Of a stretch of 64,000 nucleotides of DNA, positions 49,006 through 63,102 are shown one piece after another. Position 1 is the first letter of the stretch, and every line of letters starts with the position of its first letter. The position numbers and the translations under genes were made by a program. The DNA comes from the human T2T-CHM13v2.0 reference genome, Homo sapiens, in assembly GCF_009914755.1 (NCBI RefSeq), contig NC_060939.1; one strand, 5' to 3'. The notes beneath the pieces are model-generated. The model saw only the letters and a program-made list of their open reading frames with translations. It did not search any database and was not told the origin of the DNA.

Positions 49006-51109
49006 TGAAGTATAGCTGGTTAAAATGGGAGTTTCTCTCTTCCCTAAGTTCTTGAAGAAAGGTCTGCTGGCTTCATTTGGTTTCCCCCACATCTTAACAG
49101 CACTTATAATGCAGTAGGTGCTCAAAGGATATAGTAAATCATGTTTCTAGAAAAAGTAGTGGGGCTGGGATAAGGAATTAAGATTGGCTGTCAACAGCAT
49201 CGGATTCTTCTAAAAGTTGCTTTAAGTTGCTGTATACATCTCAACAGTTAGCTGGATAAAGATTCAAAACAGTGAAACTTACTAGCCATACAGCCTGCCT
49301 TGCTTGGCCACTTTTGCAACAGGAAAACAAGAGAGGACAAACTAGGCTTATCGCACTTGTCAGCCCACAGCAAAATGGCCATAACTATATAGGCAGGCTG
49401 CCATGGATTTTCTAATTGGGGAATCTAAAGCCTGAGGAATTCTCAAAGCAGCAGGTATTGATAGGAGTTAGGTGTAAATAATTTCCTATCCTCAGTGAAT
49501 CTTTGACATAAAGCTGCCATGTTTTATTTCAGTAATAAAACGTTTTGTTTTTTTAATAGTAAATGCTTCAAATGATTTGTATTAAACTCTGCAGTAGATT
49601 GTACCTTGGAGAGTTAAATTTTACTCAACTTGCCATTAAACTGTTTTCATTCCTCATAAGAGAGTACCAGACAGCAAATCAATATCCAGATTGATTTATA
49701 TGAAAAAGTTTAGTTAAACAATATAAGGAAGTAGTTTGAGGACTTAATGGTAGTTATCTCCTTTTACATGATTGTCCCACTGTTTCTACTTTAAAGAGAT
49801 TTAAGAACAACCAAAAAAATGGCAGCGCTATCATTTACCTATAAAAAACTGTATTGATGATCATCTCAGTATGGCACTCTGTAAGGCTGGTGTCCTTTAA
49901 ACATTATAATCAAAGGTAATATTTTTAACTTTGAAAAAAATTAGCCCCAACTTTTTTTACTTCTAATTAAGAGTCTACCTATACAGAGTAAAACAATAAG
50001 GCAAGTGCTCAGATCATTTAGAGAGGGGGAAAAAACTTCTTCCTGAAATGGTTATATAGTTAGAACAAGAGTGGTTCTGTTGACTTCCATTATTCATTCG
50101 CTTTGCTTCACGCCAAAACATCTGGCTAAAAAGTGAAAAAAACACCCAAATGGCATTGTATAGAAAAAACACCTAGATGATTGATTGCATTTTTCACTTT
50201 AAAGTCAATGTTTTGATATTATAGGGACATGGGCTTTGTTCAGTAAGTGTAATATTTTACTAGCAAAAAGCATGGTTTTAGAAAGCTTGCTTTGAGAAGG
50301 ACTAATTTATCAATTATAATTTTAAATCAATTAACAGTTTTAAATAATGGACCCAATATTGCAGGCCCTGAACCCCACTTATGCTGAGTCCTAAGCTGAA
50401 AGTCAGGAAAAAGGAAAAGTCTTCACTAGAAAAGGCTGCTAACTAGACTGCTCAAGTATTCAGACAGTACAAGGTCAAAAAAAATGTAAAACTAAAGGTA
50501 ACATTTTAAAACAGCTTTAAAATACTAATAGAAAGTGATTGTGCCAGAGTAAGCAGCTGGGTATTTTAAATTAAGTGTTGTATGCCCAACACATTGTACT
50601 GATGTTCAATGATTACACAAACTGTGTTAATGCTGTAAATGGAAATAACTTAGGACATTAACAGTTAGGTAGCCAAGATCCACCTAGCTTCTCACATATC
50701 CATCTAACCTCAAGGTCTGCTTCTGAAAGTGAAAGGACACAGATGAGACTACAGAGACAAAAGGTCACTAGTCGTGTTCCCCAGAGGACAGTTTGGTCAG
50801 CCTTTGATGGACAAGGCCGGATCCAAATGAATTGAGAAGGGAAGTATGGATGGGGGATCTGCCCCTTTCCCAGAATGATGCTGCTTGAGATATTCAGTGT
50901 TATTTTGGGTCATTCAGATTAAAGGGTCCAGGGGAATTACGGTGACCTATGATGCAGACCTAGTGTTCCATTTGACTCAGGATTCCATGGGTTACAGCAG
51001 GATACTCCCACAACAGATCTAAAATGTCCAATTTTCCCAGTCTCCCTTAATCAAATGACAGGTATGACTAACACCTGAGCTGAGTCTCATGGAGGTCTTC
51101 TTGGACTCT

Positions 51110-51530
51110 ATTTTTTAAATGTTTAAAATCTTAATACTCTGTTAAGGTATAATAATAAGCTGTATGTATCTGATGAGTTTTAGCATATGTACACCCATCC
51201 CCACAGTCAAGATAATGAATATATCCATTCCCCACCCCACCCCACAAATTTCCTTGTTTCCCTTTGTAATCCCTCCCTCTTACCCACCCTGACCCTCACA
51301 TTCCAAACAACCACTGATCTGCTTTCTGGCACTATAGATTATTTTGCCTTTTCTAGAATTTCATATGAATGGAATCACATAGTAAGTACCCTTTTCTGTT
51401 CTTTCACTCAGCGTATTTTACAATTTATCCATGTTGTTGAATGTATCTTGTGGTTTGGTTCTTTTCACTGCTGAAGAGTATTCCATGTTAGGAATATACC
51501 AAATCTTCTTTAACCACAGAAATTTGATGA
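51110..51530 (-). mobile_element. Ancient L1M 3' end
   Basis: caaccactgatctgctttctggcactatagattattttgccttttctagaatttcatatgaatggaatca. Confidence 0.8.
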
Positions 51531-51609
51531 AGGTGTCCTAAGATCCAGTTGTGCCTCTATTCCTCTCGCATGATTTCTTTATGGGTCATATTCCTACGTG
51601 TACAAAGAT

Positions 51610-51750
51610 TGCTAGATGGTGTGACTTAGATGTGTCATTTAAACTTTCTGTGGCTCAATTTTCTCATTTGTACAATAAGATAATAAAAACCATTTATTGA
51701 GTGGTTGTAAGGATTAAATAAGATATTGGATTACTGAAAAGCCTAACATA
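51610..51750 (+). mobile_element. MIR SINE
   Basis: tgtgacttag...ctcaattttctcatttgtacaataagataata...ggttgtaaggattaaat. Confidence 0.75.
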
Positions 51751-52659
51751 GTATGCACTGAGACTTTTTATTCATTCTGATTCTGAATATAAGCAATCAA
51801 TTCAAGGCAATTTATGAGTACTCTTAAAAAGCTAGTCACTCCTTGTTCTGTCTGAGTATTCGTTCACTTACTCTCTGTTGCTACTAAGACCACTTTGCTA
51901 AACCAGCAGAGACAGATAGGGTGGGGAAAGAGGTAAAGATGGTGAAGGCCATCCAACACATTAACTGGTCTCCCCAAATGTCTGATCACTACCCACTTCT
52001 GACACTGCCATAGAGACAGGCTAATGCAGGCTGGTTCAAACATGGTAAGGCTACCTGGCCTGGAGAGGGTCTGAACAGCGGTGTGGGAAATGTACTTTGA
52101 GAGAAGAAAACTCAAGAGAAATGGCTTTTATGTACCCCCCTGTCTTGAAAACTGAGAATGTAACATGATTTCTTTTTGTCTTCTGTTTGGAAACAAATGT
52201 TCCTCTGCCTATCTTCCCTAGGTTCAATTAGTCTTCTGTCTTTCTCAGAATTCAGCCTGTTCATTTGCAAATGGAAGACTTCAGAAAGGCTAGTGGGTGT
52301 GAGTGTGGGTCTTGAGGGGGAAGGGGGCTGAAGTGTTTATTTTCAAAGCCACGGGGGTCCCCATTTGAAAAAGCACCCAGCTTATCTCAATGTTTTTGTT
52401 TGTATGATTTTGAATTAGAAGGTTGGAGCAATTCATTTAGGAGATTAAGCTGTTTTTACAATGGGCTTAGTTGCCCTATTTATTCAATAGTATTGCTAGG
52501 GTTAAAAAAAAAAGTCTTTCTACTGTGCTCTTCATTATTCCAGTGTACCAGTTTTAAAGAATTCCTTGGTTTTTGCTTTTAATGCCAGTTAATTTTACAT
52601 TAAAATGATGTTTATTAACTGGTCACAGATAAAAATCACCAATGATTTCTCTAACAGTT

Positions 52660-52838
52660 TAGAGCTGCCCGTTTTAGCAAATAAAAGTATAATTAAATAT
52701 GAATTTCAGAAAAACAGTAAATAAAATTTCAGTTTAAGTATGGGAAATCATAGGGTATACTGATACTAAAAAACTAATTCATTATTTACTTAATCTTCAA
52801 ATTTCACTAAAAATCATTTATTTTATCTGACAATCCCA
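52660..52838. mobile_element. MER53 palindromic hAT MITE fossil
   Basis: ttagcaaataaaag...tgaatttcaga...atactaaaaaactaattcatt...tcaaattt...tattttatctgacaatcc. Confidence 0.7.
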
Positions 52839-54759
52839 CCATGTTTTCATGGATGTTGTATGTGTTCCAAGAATGGTAAGTGAAAACTAAGACAAATTCC
52901 ATTTCATTATTGCACTTAGACTTGCTCCCTGCACAGGCAAAGTACTTCATCAACCGGAATATTAATTTCCAGTTTATAAACAGATAAAGTGATAATTCAA
53001 CAAATCAAGTGAATTTGATACACAGGTTAAGACCTAGTTCTAGTCACTAAAGCCTATTTCAACTAAGGAAATTTTTCTCATCACAAAAAAAGTAAAACCA
53101 AAAGTAGCAACTAGCATCTTCAGTTGAACTAGAAGTTAATGTCTCAAACCACTATGTTTAAATGTGAATATCATCTTTCATTTATGCTGCAAAGCAAACA
53201 TCTATGCAAGGAAGGGCTCGAACACCTCAATGCATATCCTAAGGCTGAAGAAGCCTTTGAACCAATAAATGAGTGATTTCTCCACAGGAGACTAAACATT
53301 TGCTTGTGACGGTAAACAAAATGCTGAATTTTATGTAGCACAATCATTTTTACATATCTGTTGATATAAGTAGTTAAAGAAGAATTATTGAATTTTTTTC
53401 TGTCAAATGAAAAGGTTTGCACTTGACTCAGATCTTAGCAAATAATCGTATTTAAAGAATTAAATTATTCCTTAAATGTGATGCTTCCTCTTACCCCAGG
53501 AACTGGATTATAATATTATTTGCAGTAAGTCATTCCTAAAGGACCCTGACTTAAACTGTGATGATAAACTAATAAGCCTAATTGTGCATAATTTATAGAG
53601 TTCATTTTAAAATCACATCTAACATTTTGAGAAATTTTTGTACATCTTAAACTTAATTTTCTCTTTTTATTTATTTTTTTAGATAGGCAACTTCCCAGAA
53701 AAGAAAAAAAGAGGAAAGGAGACAAATGAAAAGCTCAAATTTGGTCAAGATCCCTATTTGCCATTTAAACACAACATTAGAAAACTCTTGCTAGGACTAC
53801 ATTTTGAAATAAACCTCATGTTGGAGGTCAGTTCTGCTAAGAAATACCACTGAAAGCTGCCACTTGACCCGGAATTCCTCTACAAGAAAAACTAGCCATA
53901 ACTACATGAGAGGCCTATATGAGAAACTGCCAGAATGTCAACTTCATTTGCAGTGGCCCCATATGGCCTGATCACTCTCCCTGGCATGATAAATCACTGG
54001 CAGAATTCTTACCTTCCTACGTTTGATCTCTGCTCAGCAAGATGTGGTTTTGATGTGAAGAACTCCAGATCTCTTAGGTCAGAGACAAATAGCAGTGGCA
54101 CTGACCTGCAAAGTGCTAAGTCTCTATTAGACTCAAGTGAAAAGCTGTAAGCTTCTGACAAGTTCCCTTGCCACCACGCTTCCTCACCCTCCATGGTTTT
54201 CATGAGCTTAGCTTGGCAGGAAAGCTGCTCAAATGGTCTGGAGGAGAAATGACAACAAATATTTTCTGCCTACTACTATTACAAAGTATTAAAATCAATT
54301 TTCACCAAGACTCAAAGGAGGAAGTCTCTTGGGAGTCACTGCTCTAATTTCTAATATGGTAAGTCCTTAGCAAATATGAAACATTTTGATTTCTGCTGGA
54401 TCTTTATGACACTGCTAGCCACTCATTTATATAACGAGAATCATTAACAGGGATTTCTGTGGACTACTCTTTGGTAACCATGAGTACATTGTTGAGACAG
54501 TATTTTCAACAAAACTGTTTGAGTGCAAATTTTCGGCCCTAAAAAGACCACAACTAAATATGCAAGCAGTTCAGTATTGTCTTTCAGATGCCCATAATCC
54601 CAAGTTCTGGGCCCAGGAAAGTAGAGTTCTAATTAGTCAGGGTGGGGTAAAGAAATCTTATAGCTTTTCTAATCCAACACTTTTAAAAAGTAGGTGGATT
54701 AATTAATAAGCATCTCATTCTGGTCTCTCATTTTGTAAGTAACAAAGCTGTTACCAGGA

Positions 54760-54858
54760 TTTATTTTTTATTTTTTTTATTTTTTGAGAGGGAGTCTTGC
54801 TCTGTCGCCCAGGCTGCAGTGCAGTGGCGCAATCTCGGCTCAGTGCAACCTCTGCTTC
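54760..54858 (-). mobile_element. Severely 5'-truncated Alu (end of right arm + tail) inside a MIR
   Basis: TSD ctgttaccagga at 54748-54759 and 54859-54870. Confidence 0.92.
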
Positions 54859-57800
54859 CTGTTACCAGGAAATTTAAGTGGCGTACCCAGTATCACAAAG
54901 CATTTTCATATTTCCAGGTCCCATTATAGAATAGATAATAAATGATCAAGTTATTTTGTTCATTCGCTAATTCAATAAGTATTTATTCAATGCCTGCATA
55001 TCCAAGAAACTGTTAAATGAACATACATAAGTGACAGAGCTGGGGTCAGAACACGGGTCTTCTAATGCCCTGTCCAGTGCCTTGTTCACTGCTCTGCAAG
55101 GTACTCTGAAAGGTTTCTATTTCAGAGGAAGGGGTAAATGCGTGGCAATGAAGCAGAAGAGTTTTCCAAAGTGGATGTGTGTATACCTTCTTTAAAGGAA
55201 GCACATGAAAGAAATTTGTTTCAAAACACTTTACCTTGGAATTCACTTTCTAGTCCTGGCATTTTAACTATTAATGACTCTGCAAATGAAATCAGACAAT
55301 TTATTGTCTAGGATGTATTCATTTATTCATTCATCAAACACGAAGATGTATGGACCACACTCTGTGTCAAGGCAGCCATGATACCGGCTCTCATAAAAAT
55401 TTAAGTCCAAGAAAAAAATGAGTCTACAAATTAAACAGTAATTGGATCCCTTGGAGTGACATTATAAAACACACAGTACTTAACAGTAATAATAAAGTTC
55501 GAAATAAACCTAAAATGCCACATTTAAAATGCTTCTTCTAAGAGATTTTTGTGTTCTGAAGTCATGTGTGCCTATCACTGAAAATGACAGCAGAAATACT
55601 CCAAAAATTGTAAAACTAAAATTGGTGTGGAATTTTAGTTCACTGAAATTATAAAGTGTTCCAAAAAAGCAAAAAGCATGCTATCATTTTAACAGCTGCA
55701 TTATTTCAACAGTTGTCCCCTTTACACCACTCACAATTACAGACACTCACAAATAAGGCCCTCATCTCCGTAGCAATAAGTTAGTGACTTTGCAAGCATT
55801 CAGTGAAAGCAAAATGTTTGGTTTGTTTTTTGGCTAAGTGTACTTTATGTACCCCTATTTATGCATACATGCCTATACTAAATGCTGAGCAATCATCTTT
55901 CTCCTTAAATCAGATCATCAGGAGTTCCAAAAATCACTGTTTTGTGTACTTCTTTTCTACGCCCTCTCTTTTTCTCTGTTGGAATTCCTGGTAATGATAC
56001 CAGAATGTGGGCAAACCTCATTAGTCTCCCTGCTGTTTACAAGACAGGATTTATGCTCAATGTGCTGAACACAATGACACACATCACTAAATAGCTACAA
56101 CTACCACCCAGGCTTTAATCTCAGAAATTTTTCACTCAGTACAAATACCTATCAGCATGGAGAAACATGGAAGAGCAATTACAGCCAACACGTGTAGTCT
56201 TTTAAGAGTACACCAATAAATACCCATTTGTGAAGGTTAATTTAATGCAACCCAGGCTGTTATCTGGAATAGTATATGTCGCCAATTCAATCCATTAAGT
56301 AATTACTAAATTCTCAGGAGGGCTCCCAGAAGTCAAATGTGGTTATTCCAGGTTCATTGCTTCTGGTCTCCCAAAGGACCATTTAGGCCAACAGCTGGGA
56401 GAGCCAACTACAAAGGTTCCCAGGCATAACTAACCATTTCATGCAAACAGGTAAATGAGTCTAAACGAGAAATAAGAGTTATCAAGTGCCTGTCCTAAGA
56501 GAAACACCAAGGGAAGCAGAAGAGAAGCACAAAAGGGGAGGAATAAAAAAGGAAAGAAAAGGCATAAGTTTGGTAAGTAAAAAAGATCTGTTCTCTCTAA
56601 AAGTGAAGTCAGAGAAATCTGGAGATTGCAAGATCTGGCTTAAAGGACACAACCTTTCAGCAGTTTCTTTAGAGAGGATTTTTCAATCATTTATAATGAA
56701 ACATTAATTGTGCACCCCAAATGCCACCCCTTTGTGTTGCTGAAACTCAAAGTTTGAGTACTGCATGAATTCCTCTATTCTGCCTCCCCACTGAGATTAC
56801 AGGTAACAGAGGGATCTGATAGTAATTAAGCCTTAGTAAGATGATTGCTCATAAGAGACAAGATGGAACATACCCACCCAACTCTTTCTGGCAAGCATCT
56901 CTCTCACAGAAATTATAGCCCAGTTACACAAAATGATGGCCCACTGGGGCACAGAAAGCATTAGAAAGAATGTAAAATATATTATCCTCAATAGCCTCAC
57001 ACATCCTCCCTCCCAAGTCAATCTTAACAGCCATAAAAAAAGAAAACACTTTTTGAATGCAAACAAAACAGATCAAATAAACAGGTGTTATTAAGGGCAG
57101 TGTGTGACTACACAACCAATGAGGATTGAAAAACATCGTTCTTTATCATAACCTAAAAAATCACATATTCCCAGGTGATGTATACCTAAAGTGTCAAATT
57201 GTATCAATTCTCTCCTTTTTTTAAATTCATACTCCCATTTTTGTCTGGTTGGAATTGTTGCTTATGATAGCTGCGGACAATACTGAGTGGAATTAGACTT
57301 AGGATCTGAATGAAATATGGGATTTGTAGTTGAGGAACTGGGCTTGGGGTTTCCTATGAAACACTCAGCAAGGCTTTAGGTTAATAGTCCAAATTGTATT
57401 GTCTTTGTAGTGGTTATTATGTTTGTCCTTATTGTTACGAGTAGGGAAGGAGGAGTATTGAGTCCTGGAATTGCCACCCACTATTGCTGTTGAGCCTGAA
57501 AAAACTAACTTTAATATGCTTGATTTTCTCACTTATAAAATGAAGATATTAATACAATATCCACATCGTAGTGTTGCCCCAAGAATTTAATGTAATCATA
57601 TGTGAAAAGTACTCTGAATATTGTAGTATTAATAATAAAAGCCGTAGCTATTAAAATATAACAAGTATTCATTAAGAAAACATTCTTGAAGTTTCTACAT
57701 TGTTAGACATTGAGCTAGGTACTTCAGAAACACCATGATAAATAAGAGTTTATAATCTAGTACAGTTTAGAAGTAGGGAGTTACACAGAAAAATATAATA

Positions 57801-58879
57801 CCATGCAAAAATTGTACCACTGAGAAGTGCAAATAAGTAATATGAATGCTCAGAGAATATACATTCATTATCAAAAAATAAGTGTGTAGCCAAAATTGTC
57901 AGGTGTTATATGTAAGTATATACACAGAAGGGGTAGTTTTAGTTTTAAGGTTGGAGAATTTCACACTTCCACAATATTTTCTTTAAAATTAGAGATACAC
58001 ATGTATGAACCAAATCACTGATGAAATTCAAACACAAAGGTAAATATATACAACAGCTTTGGGTTTAGAACTTAAGTTAAAATGTTAACAAAATAAGAAG
58101 TAATGTTATTTTCAGACCTGGTGCTTAGGAATAATTTAAATTCTCTTCACTAACAGGATGAAGTATATTATTCTTGAATAATGTAGAGTTATTCAAAAAA
58201 AAGGTCTTTCTTTTAGAAATTCTTTTTAAATTATTTGCTACCTATCCATGTTTTCTCCAAATCTATCAGCAGCACAGAGTAAATAATTCATCAATTTATC
58301 TTGACCCTTCAAAAATGAGTGTTGTATGTGTGTGAGAGACACAGCGCGAGCGCACATGAGCAAGAGTACAACCACAGCTAATATTTAAGTACTTATTCTG
58401 TTCCAGATAATGTAAGAAAGGTAGGGAAATTAAGTCTTGACATGAATAAGTTATAATAATCATGTTACCCTAGAGTTTTATACAGTGGCCGCCTAGAGGT
58501 AAGTTTGTGGAACACAGCACTGTTCTTAGTTTAGGGAAACTAGTGTGTATTAAAACCATCAATCAAAGTAGTTTCTCCTATTTTCCCATTATAGAGAAGA
58601 CCACACATTCTAGACTTCCTAATCTGATTCCAAGACTTCAAGGAATACAATTTTTAAAAATTATTTAAACATCAATATTGTTTGACTTTCCAATGCTACA
58701 TCATTTGTCTTTATTATTGTCCCCATGCATAAGCAATGACCAATTCTAGGAGGTAAAGACAGAAATGCAAAAAGCAAAAATAAACTTTCTGAAGACTACA
58801 AAAAGAATGCCTTGAAAAATCTGCAATAGGAATGCATTTCTGAAACAGGACTCTAAAGGAAAAATCCTTCTTCCTTTGC

Positions 58880-59885
58880 ATTTAAAACTGTATGACAGTT
58901 ACACAAGAAAAAGAAGAGGGAAAGTTACAAGAGGAAAGAAAATGTTTGCATAGTAAATAACTGATAAAAATTATAATCCTGAATACATTTATAAAAACTG
59001 ATAACAAATCAGTAAATACACAACATAGAAAAATGAGCAAATGATAAATTAGCCAAAGGAGGAAAACCAAACGGCCAACATGAAACGATGCTCAATCTCA
59101 CAAGAAATCAAGGAAACACAAATCAAAGTAGCAATGAGATGCCATTTCACACTTACCAGGTTAGCAAAATTTAATAAGTATGAGAATCTGAAGTATAGGT
59201 GAAAATGTAGACTAATGGGAACTCTGACACACTGCTGGTGGGATATACTGGAGGTGTACATACTGGGAATATACTGGTGGTGGAAACTAGTATAACTATG
59301 TTGGACAGAAATTTGGCAATCCCTAATTAAGTTGTAGATACATATACTCCATGAGCCAGCAATATCACTTTTAGGTATACATCCTAGATGCTCTCTCACC
59401 AGGTATATGAGGAGACATGATCAGGAATGTCCAATGCAGCATTACTGCAATAACAAAATGCTGGATGCATCATAAATGTCAAGAGCAGAAACTAAAAATT
59501 AGGATATATTCAAAGAATGGAATACTCTGCAACAATTACAATGAACTAATTATAAGTACATCCAACAACATGGATGAATACTGAACATATGTTTAACAAG
59601 CTAATCAAATTACAGAAGGATATATATATATATGGTACATATATATAAAACATTTATATAAAAGATGTTACCATGCAAAACAATAGCATGTATTATTTAT
59701 GGATACATATACCTATAGTGAAGATAAATGCCTCTGGCAAAGGAAGAGAAAGAAAGAAATGGGGGCTTCAATTTATTCCTTTTAAAAAATTAGAAGCAAA
59801 TACTGCAAAACATTAAGAACTAACAAATCTAGGTACAGGTACACACATTTGTTATATTACTGCTTTACTTTTCTGTATGATTAAA
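58880..59885 (+). mobile_element. Ancient L1ME-type 3' end
   Basis: atgagatgccatttcacac...ccagcaatatcacttttaggtatacatcctaga...caacatggatgaat. Confidence 0.8.
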
Positions 59886-60315
59886 GCAATTCATTTTCTG
59901 TCAAATATGTCTGGCAATAGTGTGCTGTTCTTCTGCTGAGCTGGAAACATCTCTATCTTCTGAATCCTCATTCATCTCAAACATTTAGCATCTTCTATCA
60001 TGAACAATAGCTACTGTGTGCATGACCCCACTCCACACCCAAATGGGAATCCTCTACCGCCTCTTCAGAGCAGGGGCCACACCTATATATCTTTCTCTGC
60101 CAGAGTGACTCACAATGCTTTATACACAAAAGGCCTTAATAAATGTTAAATACACAAATGAATACATAAATTCAGGGAGGCACAAGAGTAGCTCTGGCTA
60201 CAGCCAAAAATAAAAATGACCCTGAGATAATAAAAATTAAAATTAAATTTTATAATAAAATTAAATAATACAATTATATTATCAAACTGTAAAACATAGA
60301 TGAGGCAGAATTCAC

Positions 60316-60369
60316 CAGTTTCAGTTTTATTGGGGATTTTAACCAAACAGTCTCACACTGATTCTTCAT
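60316..60369 (-). CDS. ALDH1A2: Alternative N-terminal coding segment of ALDH1A2 (exon 60316-60412), MKNQCETVWLKSPIKLKL, in frame with exon 2
   Basis: Acceptor gtcttatttctctag|GTG at 60412; aagATGA start at 60369; 54 coding nt; donor CTG|gtgaat at 60316 in phase 0; peptide matches the alternative RALDH2 N-terminus I recall. Confidence 0.85.
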
Positions 60370-62236
60370 CTTCTCCCAAAAAGGATTCTGCCAGCAAGTC
60401 CAATTTTCACACCTAGAGAAATAAGACTTTCAGTTGTTCTCCATAAATTCATACAGGCATTTCATAATTTCACCTTCCCAGGCAAAGCCTTCCCCTCCTC
60501 CTTCCCACCTGAAATCGTGCCACTATCACACACATCTCAGTCTGGAAATCTGGTATATGAGTGTTAGGAGTGACAGGTGGGGAAAAGGGGAAGTAGGTTA
60601 TTTTTGCATATCTCGTGGGCTTGCTAAATAATTAGTGGGTTTCCTAAACTCACAATATTTCGCCAGATTCATTTACTGGGAGGTAATTCCATTCTTCTTG
60701 TGGGAAAGAGTCACACAACCTATACCACTTTCTGACTGTTTAATCTTTAAGGAATCACTAGAAATGATATTAAAAAAAAAAAAAAAAACCTAAGAGTCAC
60801 TGGACTTGAAATTCAAAGTCCAATGAATAGATGGATGAAAATAATGTAAAATAAAATATATTAAAATATAACTTTTTAATATTTTGAAAAATGTATAATC
60901 AAGATTGGAAAGAGTTTTCAGATTCATGATATGCTAAATTCTTCTAGATAAGAAACAGGTGTTTCCAGTTTGACCTAAACAAAAGCTTTTCTCTTTCCAG
61001 AGTTGTAGTGATAAAGAAATACTACTTTGGCTCTCCAAAGGTCAGACAGTGATGAGGAAGGGAAACAGAGCAGGTAACTACTTCTGGAGGTAACAGAGCT
61101 GAACTGGAGTAAAAGAAAGGCTTCCTTCTATAATAAAAATTAGAAAGTTCACACGCAGACATACTAATTTTTAACCACATTCTACAGAGGTCAATTAATC
61201 CCCACGTTTAGCCCCAGGGAAGTGTTGTTTAGAGCCCAGCAGAAGTCTAGGTGGTGAAATCACCCAATTATTATTCCAACTGGAATTTTCAAAGCCTGGA
61301 AGTGTTTTCATCATGTGATCCAACAGAGACTTGTTGTAAATAAACCTGCTGTAAATAAGCTCTAAGATTTTGAAGGAAAACAATTTAAACATAACTCAAT
61401 CTTAAAGGCAGACAGTAGAGAAATACCAGTGATAAGTAATTCCCAATGTGCATAATCTCATATATTTAAAAGGTTAAATGAAATAGATCTCAAAGATACA
61501 ATTAAAGGCAATTAAAAATTAACCCAGGTGACATTACAGCAATCACCTCTACGTGAATTAGATTTGCTGTTTGGGGGGAAATGAATGGCTTTGAAATTAC
61601 CTGTCACAGTCAATAAAGAAATTAAAGAAATGCTAGGAGGGCTTTCAAAATAGCCACGGCCTGGTGCTTTTACTTTCTGGAAGGTGACTGCTCCTGGAAA
61701 ATGCTCTCAAAATTCCATATGTTATCTTGGACAGTCAGGACTAGTAAAAGTTTCTTCGTTTTTAAATTATATAAAGTAAGATACCTTCCCACTGTCAAAA
61801 GGTATCTACCTTCTGAGAATGTCCTTGTATGCTGCATACTTCCCACATTTATGTATCAATATCTTGTATTTTTATCCTAACTACTTAAAATACCAGAAAC
61901 ATCTATTTGCAACCTGGAGTTTAGGCTCAGCTAATCGGGCATATTGAAGCATATTCATGCTATATTTTGGCACAAATGTCAAGATATCTAATTTTATTAT
62001 TAAAATACTGTCAGAGAAAATGCTTTAGTAACTTTTTTAGTAAAGACAAGACCTTGGTGGAAAACCCTCCCAGGAATCCCATTTGGTAAAAACGCAGTGT
62101 AAATATATAAGGAGGATTCCATAGCTACCCAGAATATTGAACTCTTATGAGTAATGCACATAATAAATGTAATAAAAATAATTAAAAGAATACATAAAAC
62201 AGACCGGTTTTATAAAACTTTGTTGATCATATAATT

Positions 62237-62565
<329 letters not shown>

Positions 62566-62937
62566 TAATTTAGATCTCTAAATATATATATAGTCATCAC
62601 TTTGCAAAAATGCAATAGAATTTTGGCTATCATTATATGCCACTTACTTTAACACACTTTTCATTTAGTCCTTTTAACCCCATAAAGTAGATACTATTAT
62701 CTCAATGATGACAAATGTAGAAATTGAAAGTCAGTGAAGAAACTCTTTAAGATGCCACACATATCTTTTTTTTTTTTTTTTTTTTTTGTGCTGTTGCATC
62801 CCTAGGACCTGGCATCATATCAGGCACTATGTGTCAAATAAATGTAACTGTCCATGTAGCTGATAAGTACCTTTCTGACCAGGATTTGATCAAAGGCTTA
62901 TTTTAACTCAGAGTCTCTCTTTTTCCAAATGAAGGAA

Positions 62938-63102
62938 GGGCATGCAAGTTTTTTCTAAAATGTGGGCTATATGGTTTCTGTGGCTCTGCCATTATAGTCA
63001 GAAAGCTGCCGCAGACAGTATATAACTGAATGAGTGCAGTTGTGTTACAATAAAACTTTATTTATAAAACCAGGCAGACAGTCCACAGTTTGCTGACCCC
63101 TG
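62938..63102. mobile_element. MER58A hAT-Charlie fossil
   Basis: tgaatgagtgcagttgtgttacaataaaactttatttataaaaccaggc...agtttgctgacccctg. Confidence 0.8.

Noticed and set aside
53820-53840. AGGTCA half-site as a retinoic acid response element
   Set aside because: No second half-site at DR1/DR2/DR5 spacing
54013-54144. Possible 132-nt cassette exon (strong AAG|gtaaga donor)
   Set aside because: The acceptor has a purine-rich, weak polypyrimidine tract and the peptide is not ALDH-like
54748-54875. Apparently non-canonical target sites (TSDs ending in gga, here and at 8319-8330)
   Set aside because: Extending a few bases gives TTT/AA and TTTT/GA, ordinary L1 endonuclease sites blurred by the adjacent poly(T)
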